DNA from: Vicinamibacteria bacterium
Lineage (GTDB): Bacteria; Acidobacteriota; Vicinamibacteria; Marinacidobacterales; DATDRI01
Assembly: GCA_035291825.1 (NCBI GenBank)
Contig: DATDRI010000439.1
Span: 1 to 37,356, forward strand
Length of the DNA stretch: 37,356 bases
Reading direction: 5' to 3'
The number at the start of each line of letters is the position of its first letter. The first letter of the stretch is position 1. Under the pieces are notes generated by a model that saw only the letters and a list, made by a program, of their open reading frames with translations, made no database searches and was not told the origin of the DNA. Shown here piece after piece: positions 9,431 to 20,619 of this stretch. The translations under genes were made by a program, and so were the position numbers.

Positions 9431-9993
9431 CGAGATGACTCGCGATCGGGGAAAATCATGAACCGAGGCGCGGCCGGGAACTGCCGACGGTGTTCCTGGT
9501 AGAGCTCCGGGTAAGACAACACCACCGCCTGGTTCATGGTGAGCCCCCAGCTTTCCACCGCCGCCTGGATGGACTCGGTCGGTCCTTCCAGCTCGATGAA
9601 GAAGCCGATGGGAGTCTCATCCAGGCTAGCTTCCAGATCTCCCAGGACGTAGACTTGGCGGTACTTCTCATACCGAAACTGCTCCCGCAGGCCGATCGCT
9701 TGCAGGGTCCGCTCGACCGCGTCGGGGTCGGCGACGGTCGTCTCGTACTCATTGCGGTGCTTGACGTGCCCGCTAATCCGCGCCGACTCCTTGAAGGTGA
9801 GCCAGGCGGAGCCGCGGGCACGGCGGATGCGAAGCGCCTGGCCTCTTTCGCGGAGTGTGCCGTCCCCAAAGTCGAACAGTGAGTTGATCTCTAGGTAACG
9901 CTTCTCGCGAAGCCCGGCCGACACCAGCCAGGCCTCGCCTTCCAGCCAAGACGAAATCCGCAGCTTGACTTCTCGCTCGACGCTGATTGCCAA
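9427..9993 (-). CDS. CYTH-domain protein (triphosphate tunnel metalloenzyme / CyaB-like)
   Basis: 188 aa. ExExK signature at the N-terminus (VEREVKL). Alternating-charge beta-strand pattern (ALRIRR, WLTFKE, RNEYET). The start is TTG at 9993, 1 nt after the smc TAG. The stop overlaps the next ATG. Confidence 0.78.
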   Translation of the reverse strand: MAISVEREVKLRISSWLEGEAWLVSAGLREKRYLEINSLFDFGDGTLRERGQALRIRRARGSAWLTFKESARISGHVKHRNEYETTVADPDAVERTLQAIGLREQFRYEKYRQVYVLGDLEASLDETPIGFFIELEGPTESIQAAVESWGLTMNQAVVLSYPELYQEHRRQFPAAPRFMIFPDRESSR

Positions 9994-9994
9994 A

Positions 9995-12900
9995 CTAGCT
10001 TACAGGTGACGCGGTCGTGACCGGCGCGCCCTCCTCGAGCCTCACCGATACCAGCTTGGAGACCCCGGGCTCCTCCATGGTGACACCGTACATCTGATCG
10101 GCGTGCTCCATCGTCTTGACGTTGTGGGTGATGACGATGAACTGGGTGGTCTTGCGGAGCTCGCCCAGCATGGTCAGGAACCGCCCCACATTGGCCTCAT
10201 CGAGCGGCGCATCCACCTCATCCAACAAGCAGAACGGAGAGGGCTTGTACCGAAAAATGGCAAACATGATGGCAATGGCGGTGAGGGCCTTCTCCCCGCC
10301 GGAAAGGAGCAAGACGTTCTGCAGCTTCTTGCCGGGAGGCTGGGCAATGATATCGATGCCACTCTCCAACACGTCCTGCTCGTCGATGAGTCGAATCCCC
10401 GCTCGACCACCGCGGAAGAGCTGCTTGAAGGTGTCCTGGAAATGCCGATTGATCCCTTCCAGTGCCTCTAGGAACCTCTGGCGCGACGTCGCATCGATTC
10501 GATGTATCGCTTTCTCGGTGGAAGCGATAGAGTCCAACAAGTCCTGTCGTTGGGTAGATAGGAACTCATGCCGGGTTTCGAGCTCGTGAAACTCCTCGTC
10601 CGCCATCGGATTCACCGGACCCATGGAGTCCAACTTGCCCTTCAGCTCGGACAGCTCCTCGCCCAGTGCCTCCTCGTCCCGGGCGAGATCGGCCGGGCTC
10701 ACTACGGCGGCGGCGTCCGCCAGGGAAATTTGGTGCGCGTCCCAGAAGCTTTTTCGGAGATGGCTCATCTCCGACTCTTCCCGCGCCAGCGCGATCTCCT
10801 GGGCAGAGCGCGTCTCACGCGTGGACTCCAGTTCCTTGCGACGGAGCTTCAGCGCGCTTCCGGTAGCTTCAATCCGTTCGCGAAGGCGGCCGGTGGCCGC
10901 TTCCAGCTCCGCCAGAACCTCCCGCAACGAGTCTCTCTGGACAAACGACTGACCGAGCTCCATCTCCGACGCTGCAAGCTCCTCCCTTACAACGGATCGA
11001 CGGACCACCAGCGCCACCTGCTCCTTCTGTCCAGCTTCCACGCGAAAGCGGAGCTCGCTGACCCCTTCTTGCAGTCGCTCCACATCCACTCGGACCGCTT
11101 GCACCCTTTCCCGCAGAGCGGCCACCCGGGAAGCTTCTTCCGCCGCCCTCCCTTGGAAGCGATCCACCGCGGCCCGACGCTCGGCAAGACTCGACCGTGC
11201 CTCCTCGAGCCGTGCCTCCATGCGTGCCTTGGCCTCATCCTCTGCGGAAAGCGAGGCTTCCATCTCTTCGCGTTTGTCGCGTAGGGAGCTTCGCTCCGAA
11301 TCGGCGCGGGCCTGCTCGCTCGCCAGCACTTGGGTCTTTCGCTCTAACTGCTTCCAATCCCCGTCCAGTTGGCGAGAACGATGCTCCAAGCCGACCAAGA
11401 GCTTATCCAGCGAGTGCTGCTCCTGGGAGACAGACGCCAAGTCTGCCTCGCGCTTCTCGAAATCGGCCTGGACCTCGCGTTGCCGAGCCTCGAGCCGCGC
11501 CAGGTCCGACGCGTTCTCCGACAGTGTCTCGCGGAGCTGACGGATCTCGCGCCGGCTACTGAGCAGACCCTCGCTTGGCCCCCCCGGACCGGCCCTTAGA
11601 ACTCCGGGCGGCGCTAGGACTTCCCCACCCTGCAGACTCAGGTAGGCGACCGCCGGTTCGAGACGGAAGGCTCTCAGGGCGGCCTCCACGTCCTCGACCA
11701 CGATGGCGTCGGGAAGCACTCGCGCCAAGAGCTCGGCGTTGCCATTCGTCCAACGCACGGCCTCACGGAGAGATCCCACCACACCGCTTGCCTGCTGGCG
11801 TTTAAGAGACGCCAGAGCCTCCTGAACCCCGGAAGGTGGCGCGGCCTTCGCCAGCGAGGCGATGAGAAACTCACAGCGGCCCGCGTTCTCCCTCTCTAGC
11901 CACCGTTGCGCGGCCAGGGCATCTTCCTCATTCTCCACCAGGATGCGCTGCAGCGCTTCCCCGTAGAACCTTTCGGCGGCGTGCTCGAACTTCGGCTCCA
12001 CTTCCAACGAGTCCGCCATCACACCCCCGAGCTTTACTCCGAGCTCAGGCCCGGCGGTTAACAAGGAGCGGGCGCCCGCTCCGAAGTGGGTCCGGGCGGT
12101 GACCAGCTCCTCGAGCGAGGCCAGCCTACCAGAGAGGGAGGAGGCTTTCTCCCGACCCCGGACCAAGTCGCGCTCGATTTGATCTCGCTCGGTTTGCAGC
12201 TCGGCCAGCTCCCGCTCGGTGGTCTCTCGGGTGGCGGTGAGAGCCACGGCTTGGTTTCGCCGATCCGTTAGCTCGTCATCGAGCAGTCGCCGCTCACGCT
12301 CGACGCGCGCTCTCTCTGCCTCGATCTCTCGCATCTCTTCTTGAAGCTTCAAGGACTCCGAGGAGACTTTCTCTGCGTTCGCCAGAACGCCCTGCAGAAA
12401 ATTGTTGAGGGTCGCGATCTTGCTGATGCGATGGAGCAGCTCGGCTCGCGCCTCCTCGATCTCACGCTCGATCTCGGCCAGCGAGGCGGTAGCGCTTGCG
12501 AGCTCCTGGCGAGTTTGGACGGCATTCCCTTCCAGAGACTTGAGGCTCTCGGTCGCCTCCTCCGCTTCGTGTCGCCGCAGCTCGAGCCGCTGCGCGGCGG
12601 GACCCAAGCGCTCTTCGAGGTCGCGGAGCTCCTGATCGAGATGGCTCTGTCGGGCATCGAAGTCCTTCAGTTGTTGTCGGTCACGAGCGATCTCATGGTC
12701 CAGCCTCTCGATTCCGATCTCCAAGCGGTGAAGCTTTTCTCGAGTCTCCTCCAGGCCGGACTCCTGCTCGACCTGTCGCAGCCGTAAACGCTCCAGGTAG
12801 TTCTCCGCGGTCACCAGGCTGGTGGAGCGGCGAAGCTCCTCATCCGATACCGTTCTGAGCTCGCGGCGCAGCCGTTCGAGCCGGCCTTCGAGCTCCTGGC

Positions 12901-13597
12901 CCCTTCTTACCCCGGCGATCTTCTCCAAGTGACTCATGGAAGCTCTGAGCCGTTTATACCGCCGTGCCTTCCCGGCCTGGCGCTTGAGCGCGCTCATTTG
13001 CCGTTCGACTTCATAGACAATGTCGTTCACGCGCAGAAGATTTTGCTGAGCGGCCTGCAGCTTCACTTCCGCGGAGCGGCGACGCGCCTTGTACTTCGTG
13101 ATCCCTGCCGCCTCCTCGATCACGCCGCGGCGGTCGGACGGCTTGCTGGAGAGAATGAGTCCGATCTTCCCCTGCTCCATGATGGAATAGGCCTTGGTTC
13201 CCATTCCGGTATCCATGAAGAGCTCCACGATGTCCCGCAGTCGGCAAGGGCTCCCGTCCAGCAGGTACTCGCTCTCGCCGGACCGGTAGAGCCTTCGCGT
13301 GACCACCGCCTCGCGGAGATCCGACCCGTTTCCGTTGATTTGGGAGAGACGGAGGTTGACCTCGGCGAAGCCCACCGGAGCGCGGCGCTCGCTGCCATTG
13401 AAGATGAGGTCCTCCATCGTCTGGCCCCTCAGGCTCTTGGCACTTTGTTCCCCAAGTGCCCAGCCGATGGCGTCGGAGATGTTGCTCTTTCCACACCCGT
13501 TGGGCCCCACGATGGCGGTAACCCCTTCGTGGAAGGAAAGTTCGGTGCGCTCACCGAAGCTCTTGAAACCGATGATGTCGACCCGCTCTAGCCTCAT
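9995..13597 (-). CDS. smc: Chromosome partition protein SMC
   Basis: 1200 aa. Walker A in GFKSFGERTELSFHEGVTAIVGPNGCGKSNISDAI. Long coiled coils. A hinge. C-terminal signature and Walker B in LLSGGEKALTAIAIMFAIFRYKPSPFCLLDEVDAPLDEANV. Confidence 0.97.
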   Translation of the reverse strand: MRLERVDIIGFKSFGERTELSFHEGVTAIVGPNGCGKSNISDAIGWALGEQSAKSLRGQTMEDLIFNGSERRAPVGFAEVNLRLSQINGNGSDLREAVVTRRLYRSGESEYLLDGSPCRLRDIVELFMDTGMGTKAYSIMEQGKIGLILSSKPSDRRGVIEEAAGITKYKARRRSAEVKLQAAQQNLLRVNDIVYEVERQMSALKRQAGKARRYKRLRASMSHLEKIAGVRRGQELEGRLERLRRELRTVSDEELRRSTSLVTAENYLERLRLRQVEQESGLEETREKLHRLEIGIERLDHEIARDRQQLKDFDARQSHLDQELRDLEERLGPAAQRLELRRHEAEEATESLKSLEGNAVQTRQELASATASLAEIEREIEEARAELLHRISKIATLNNFLQGVLANAEKVSSESLKLQEEMREIEAERARVERERRLLDDELTDRRNQAVALTATRETTERELAELQTERDQIERDLVRGREKASSLSGRLASLEELVTARTHFGAGARSLLTAGPELGVKLGGVMADSLEVEPKFEHAAERFYGEALQRILVENEEDALAAQRWLERENAGRCEFLIASLAKAAPPSGVQEALASLKRQQASGVVGSLREAVRWTNGNAELLARVLPDAIVVEDVEAALRAFRLEPAVAYLSLQGGEVLAPPGVLRAGPGGPSEGLLSSRREIRQLRETLSENASDLARLEARQREVQADFEKREADLASVSQEQHSLDKLLVGLEHRSRQLDGDWKQLERKTQVLASEQARADSERSSLRDKREEMEASLSAEDEAKARMEARLEEARSSLAERRAAVDRFQGRAAEEASRVAALRERVQAVRVDVERLQEGVSELRFRVEAGQKEQVALVVRRSVVREELAASEMELGQSFVQRDSLREVLAELEAATGRLRERIEATGSALKLRRKELESTRETRSAQEIALAREESEMSHLRKSFWDAHQISLADAAAVVSPADLARDEEALGEELSELKGKLDSMGPVNPMADEEFHELETRHEFLSTQRQDLLDSIASTEKAIHRIDATSRQRFLEALEGINRHFQDTFKQLFRGGRAGIRLIDEQDVLESGIDIIAQPPGKKLQNVLLLSGGEKALTAIAIMFAIFRYKPSPFCLLDEVDAPLDEANVGRFLTMLGELRKTTQFIVITHNVKTMEHADQMYGVTMEEPGVSKLVSVRLEEGAPVTTASPVS

Positions 13598-13805
13598 TTT
13601 GGCTTGTGAGGAGGGGAGTTTAGCACAGCCGGAGATGGGCGTTCAACGAGGAAAGCGCTAGATGTGGTGGAAAGGGTCTCCCAGCCCACTACATCTACCT
13701 CTGGCGGCAGGCTAGACCGGGCTCCGCCATTGGCCCTGGCGGAGGGCATGTGTTAATTTGGGGCAGCCCTTCGAAGGAGCATCGCTTCCGCGTCCTCGCC
13801 GGCCC

Positions 13806-16148
13806 ATGCTGCGTATCCTCGATCGCTATACCCTGCGTGAGATCGGCCCGACGTTCGCCCTGGGGCTGGGAGTCTTCACGTTCGTTTTCCTCTTGAACGA
13901 GATCCTCCGCTACGCCCAAATCTTGATCACGCAGGGAGCCAGTTTTCGCCACGTCATGGGCATCCTGGGCAACCTGTTGCCGAGCGTTCTGTGTCTGACG
14001 ATTCCCATGGGAGTGCTCTTGGGAATCCTCATCGCGCTCGGTCGGCTGGCCGCCGACAGCGAGATCACCGCGCTCCGGGCGAGCGGCGTGAGCCTCTATC
14101 GCCTGCTTCGTCCCATACTTACCGCGGCTCTCCTCGGTTGGATGGCGACGTCCTACCTGATCATCAACGTTCTTCCGGACTCGAACCAAGCGGTTCGAAC
14201 GCTTCTGTTTCAGGTCATCGCCTCCAAAGCTCGGACGGACATTCGTCCACGCGTCTTCTACGACACGCTCTTTCCGAACTTCATGTTCCTAGTGATGGAC
14301 ACTCCCTCCGGGGAGAGTGACTGGCACAACGTTTTCCTTGCCGACGTCACGTCTGCCAGCGCTCCCCGAATCACGCTCGCCCGAGCCGGGCAACTGGTGG
14401 TCGACTCCGATCAGCGAACCGTCAACTTCTATCTGAGGGACGGAGAAAGTCACCAGGTGACCTACAACCACCCCGGCGAGTACGACCTACAGACCTTTTC
14501 CGAGACCGTCCTCCCGTTGGCGAACGAAACCTTCTTCCCGCCCGAGGACACCGACGTGCCTCGCGGGGCGAGGGAAATGGGAATGCGGCAGCTCTATCAG
14601 TCCTATCAAGAGTCGAAGCTCCCCGTCTATTTGGTGGAGATTCACAAGAAGTTCTCGATCCCTTTTGCCTGCTTCGTCTTCGCCGTGCTCGGCCTGGCGC
14701 TGGGGATTCGCAACCGTCGAGAGGGGCGCTCCTGGGGTTTCGTGGTGAGCATCGCGGTGATTTTCGTGTACTACGTCCTCATCCAATTAGGGGACGGTAT
14801 GGCCACGCAGGGCAACCTGGCGCCGTCGCTGGCGATGTGGGTACCCAACGTGGTGTTGGGCATCGTTGGCTTGGCCCTCTTGATCCGCAACGCCCGTGAA
14901 GCCTCTCCGGCCATCCCGCTCTTCGCCCGAAGTGCCAGAGCGCTCATGGCGAGACTCCGAGCGATGGTGGGGCGGCACCGACCCGCTGTGGCCTCCCAGG
15001 AAACGCCCGTTCGCCTCGGTTCGCGACCGGTGGTCGGGATCCGCATTCCCCGGATGGTAGTTCGGTTCCCGAATACGCTCGATCGCTACATTTCCCGCGA
15101 GTTCTTTCGCTATTTCCTTCTGGTGCTGGGGGCCCTGGTGGTCGTCTACGTCCTGGGACTGCTGGTGGACGTCATTCCGGCCGCCATCGAGAACAGAGTC
15201 AAGGGAAAACTGGTGGTCGACTACGTCGGCAACGAGCTGCCGCAAGTCTTGTTTCACATGCTGCCCTTGGCAACGCTGATGGCCACGCTCATCAATTTCG
15301 CTCTACTCTCCAAAACCAGTGAGCTCACCGCCGCCAAGGCTGGCGGAATCAGCATGTATCGCGTTTCCATTCCCATCGTCCTCATCGGATTCCTGGTGAG
15401 CCTCTGCTGTTTTGGAATCCAAGAATACGTTCTTCCCTACACCAACCGCCGGGCGGCGGAGCTGCGGGATGAGCTCAAGGCCCGTCCAGTGCAAACGCAC
15501 AATCTGCTCAACCGGCGCTGGATGCTAGGACAAGGCGGGCGTATCTACAACTATGCCTACTACGACCCCCCACAGCGGCTGTTCAGCGGGCTGGCCGTCT
15601 ACGAGTTCGATAGCGACCGTTTCTCCCTCACCGGACGGTTCTACGCAAGAACGGCGGCATGGGATCCCGCATCCGCCAGCTGGATCTTACGCGACGGCTG
15701 GCTCCGGCACTTCACCGAATCTGCGGGTATCGAGCGCTTCGATGAGCTCAGCATGCGGTCCATGGAGCCGCCCGACTACTTCACCAAGGAGCTCCGGGAG
15801 TCGAGCCAAATGACCTATTTGGAGCTCACCGAGTACATCGATGAGCTGAGCCAAGCCGGTTTCGACGTCATCCGCCTGAGAGTCGCGCTGCACAGCAAGG
15901 TCTCGTTCCCACTGGCGGCTCTGGTGACGTTGCTGATCGGAGTTCCTTTCTCCTTCACGCCCGGGAAGAAGGGAGCTCTTTACGGCATCGGCATCGCTAT
16001 CGTTGTCGGCTTGACTTACTACATCACTACCCGCGTATTCGCATTCATGGGGGACTCGGCGATCCTGCCTCCGCTCATGGCCGCCTGGGCCCCCAACGTT
16101 CTCTTTGGAGTCGCGGCGCTCTACGGCCTCTTCACCGTAAGAACCTAG
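13806..16148 (+). CDS. lptFG: Fused LptF-LptG lipopolysaccharide export permease (two YjgP/YjgQ modules in one polypeptide)
   Basis: One continuous ORF. The first module starts MLRILDRYTLREIGPTFALGLGVFTFVFLLNEIL (ATG 13806). The second starts near 15080 with LDRYISREFFRYFLLVLGALVVVYVLGLLVD. Each has the expected TM segments flanking a large periplasmic loop. There is no stop codon between the modules. Confidence 0.8.
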   Translation: MLRILDRYTLREIGPTFALGLGVFTFVFLLNEILRYAQILITQGASFRHVMGILGNLLPSVLCLTIPMGVLLGILIALGRLAADSEITALRASGVSLYRLLRPILTAALLGWMATSYLIINVLPDSNQAVRTLLFQVIASKARTDIRPRVFYDTLFPNFMFLVMDTPSGESDWHNVFLADVTSASAPRITLARAGQLVVDSDQRTVNFYLRDGESHQVTYNHPGEYDLQTFSETVLPLANETFFPPEDTDVPRGAREMGMRQLYQSYQESKLPVYLVEIHKKFSIPFACFVFAVLGLALGIRNRREGRSWGFVVSIAVIFVYYVLIQLGDGMATQGNLAPSLAMWVPNVVLGIVGLALLIRNAREASPAIPLFARSARALMARLRAMVGRHRPAVASQETPVRLGSRPVVGIRIPRMVVRFPNTLDRYISREFFRYFLLVLGALVVVYVLGLLVDVIPAAIENRVKGKLVVDYVGNELPQVLFHMLPLATLMATLINFALLSKTSELTAAKAGGISMYRVSIPIVLIGFLVSLCCFGIQEYVLPYTNRRAAELRDELKARPVQTHNLLNRRWMLGQGGRIYNYAYYDPPQRLFSGLAVYEFDSDRFSLTGRFYARTAAWDPASASWILRDGWLRHFTESAGIERFDELSMRSMEPPDYFTKELRESSQMTYLELTEYIDELSQAGFDVIRLRVALHSKVSFPLAALVTLLIGVPFSFTPGKKGALYGIGIAIVVGLTYYITTRVFAFMGDSAILPPLMAAWAPNVLFGVAALYGLFTVRT

Positions 16149-17914
16149 GGAGTGGAGGCGCACAACTCGAGGTCTCGGATCTCGATGACCCCGGAAGCTC
16201 CCGGCCGGGTGTTACCCGCATCCAAAACGAAGAACAGTCCTCGCACCCGGTCGAGGTCGAGAGTCCCGTCCGAAGTCTCACTGATGCTGCGAAGACTGTC
16301 GAAGGGGATGACGATTTCTCGCCACTCCGGTGCGGACTTGAAGGAGCCGGCCCACCATTCGGTGTCTTCCTCGGAGGCCCCGGGTCGAGCGTCTCGGATC
16401 TGGAAAGACACGCGATAGACGTCCTTCCCCCACACCTCGAGCCGGATGGCATCAAACCCACTGAGGTCGCGAGGGGTACGGTCCCCCACCGAGCACCAGA
16501 CATAAGGGCGTTGGTCGGACGGTTCGGAAAGGCGAAAATCGATGCGGAAGGATCCCCGGGAAGACTCCGCGGCCGCCTCGTCCATCCGCGAAGCCGGATC
16601 GTGCTCGGCGTGAAAAGCCATCCGCCAGGGAGCGTTTCCCACCGCCTGGCACGCCATCTCGGCTGTGGAGACAGGCTGCGGGAAGTCTCTTTTTAGAGCT
16701 GCCCGCCGCTCGATCTGTTCTTCGGTCAAGACGAAGATGGGATTGGAGACGATCCACGGTTGCTCCCGGCCCCCGGGAACGAAAATGGGATCGAGATGCG
16801 CCTCGGCCCGGTAGACCCCTGGTTCCTCCACACCGAGCGAGAGCGTGCCGTGGGAAGTTTCGGACAGAATGGCCCCGTCTCTCAGGATCCGAAGCCGCGT
16901 GCCGTCGGGCGCTTGGATCGAGGCGACTAATCGAATCCCGCCGGCATCGACTAAGTTCGCGGGAACATGACTTCCCATGGGCCACTCCCGAGAGCCTCCT
17001 TGGGCGAAGAAGCTGAAGCGCGAGCCGTCCGCAATCCCGTCGAAACTCATGTAGCCCTGGCCGCGCTCGAGGGCCCGGTAGATCGACTCGCGATCGCGAT
17101 CCGCGTCTCCCACCAGGGGTCCGTCCAGCACCAGGTGGTTGCGAGCCGTTTGGAACACCTGTCGGTAGCTCGGCCAGGGCAGATGGACGTCGCCAAAAAG
17201 GTTCACCCGACCGTGCGCATCCAGTCCGGCCCACGCCACCAGATCGCGCTCGGCGAGAATACTGTCCCATTTCTCGACGAGCTGGGGATCCCATTCCAAA
17301 CCGGCGGCCAAGCCACGTCGCGAGGAGAACGGATGGACGAGCGCCGCCACGCCCACCCGGTAAGCACTCTGGCCGCTCCAACCGGTAAAAAAATTGAAAA
17401 GCTCGATGCCGGCAAGCCCGGGGAGCTTCCACCCGGTCCAGGTGAAGTTGGGGCGGCGCGCATAGGGATGAGCGGCGAGCGAGAACCCCTTCATCTCGTC
17501 GATGTCCCGGAGCACCTCCCCGGGCTCGGTTCCGAAACGCAACACGGGATCCGGAATCTGGAGGGCCAGAACGTGCCCTCCCTCAGTCGAGATCTCGCTT
17601 CCCACCAGCAGCATGACCCCGTCGATGTACCCCTCCCCCTCTTTGCTCAGTGCATCGGGGTCGCCGTGATCGGACAGCACCACGAAATCGAGGCCTGCTT
17701 CACGGGCGGCTCGGGCAATAGCGGGCACGTCCGCTGCACCATCGGAGTAGCTGGAATGAACGTGAAGGACTCCCACCGCGCGACGTCCGGCGTCCGGGAG
17801 CGGATCGCCGGACGGAAGCGCCGGCACGTCACGGGGAAGGCTCATGACGACGGCGATGGCGGCGGTGGCCAAGAGAACGAGCAAGCCGAGAGTCGCCCGG
17901 AGCAGGAATCTCAT
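16145..17914 (-). CDS. Membrane-anchored PHP-domain metallohydrolase (CehA/McbA-like) with C-terminal CIA30/CBM11-like domain
   Basis: 589 aa. N-terminal TM/signal LLRATLGLLVLLATAAIAVV. PHP motif GVLHVHSSYSDG followed by FVVLSDHGD. The C-terminal ~170 aa have the CIA30/CBM11-like pattern (DLSGFDAIRLEVWGKDVYRVSFQI, then WREIVIPFDSL). Its 3' end overlaps the lptFG stop by 4 nt (convergent). Confidence 0.7.
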   Translation of the reverse strand: MRFLLRATLGLLVLLATAAIAVVMSLPRDVPALPSGDPLPDAGRRAVGVLHVHSSYSDGAADVPAIARAAREAGLDFVVLSDHGDPDALSKEGEGYIDGVMLLVGSEISTEGGHVLALQIPDPVLRFGTEPGEVLRDIDEMKGFSLAAHPYARRPNFTWTGWKLPGLAGIELFNFFTGWSGQSAYRVGVAALVHPFSSRRGLAAGLEWDPQLVEKWDSILAERDLVAWAGLDAHGRVNLFGDVHLPWPSYRQVFQTARNHLVLDGPLVGDADRDRESIYRALERGQGYMSFDGIADGSRFSFFAQGGSREWPMGSHVPANLVDAGGIRLVASIQAPDGTRLRILRDGAILSETSHGTLSLGVEEPGVYRAEAHLDPIFVPGGREQPWIVSNPIFVLTEEQIERRAALKRDFPQPVSTAEMACQAVGNAPWRMAFHAEHDPASRMDEAAAESSRGSFRIDFRLSEPSDQRPYVWCSVGDRTPRDLSGFDAIRLEVWGKDVYRVSFQIRDARPGASEEDTEWWAGSFKSAPEWREIVIPFDSLRSISETSDGTLDLDRVRGLFFVLDAGNTRPGASGVIEIRDLELCASTP

Positions 17915-17962
17915 CCCCTGGGTATACCACGCCCCAGCGAGATCTTCAGGATCCTAAAGAGC

Positions 17963-20409
<2,447 letters not shown>

Positions 20410-20619
20410 CTATGCCTCCATGTTGCTCTTGCTCTTTCGGATCGGCTGCGGCAAAGCTGTCTCTTGTAGCATACCCCTGAAGCCAGGTCAAAGTCGGCTC
20501 AAGAAGAGAGACGCGCCGACACCCAAGGGAAGCCGGTTTTCCGCTTCCCCGGTGGGCGGGCAGGACCAACCCCCCAGCTGCTTGAATCCCGGCTCTCTTT
20601 TAGGTTCAATCGGCTTCGA

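Noticed and set aside
20410-20619. A ~210-nt leader upstream of metK-ahcY, inspected for SAM-I, SAM-II, SAM-IV, SAM/SAH or SAH riboswitch cores. It includes a 7-bp hairpin, GGGAAGC/GCTTCCC, at 20527-20549.
   Set aside because: I could not recognise any conserved riboswitch core (no SAM-I kink-turn or GAGGGA-type junction, no SAH GAGGAGCGCUGC-like segment). The hairpin has no U-run. A cmscan against Rfam would settle it, but I cannot claim an element from reading alone.
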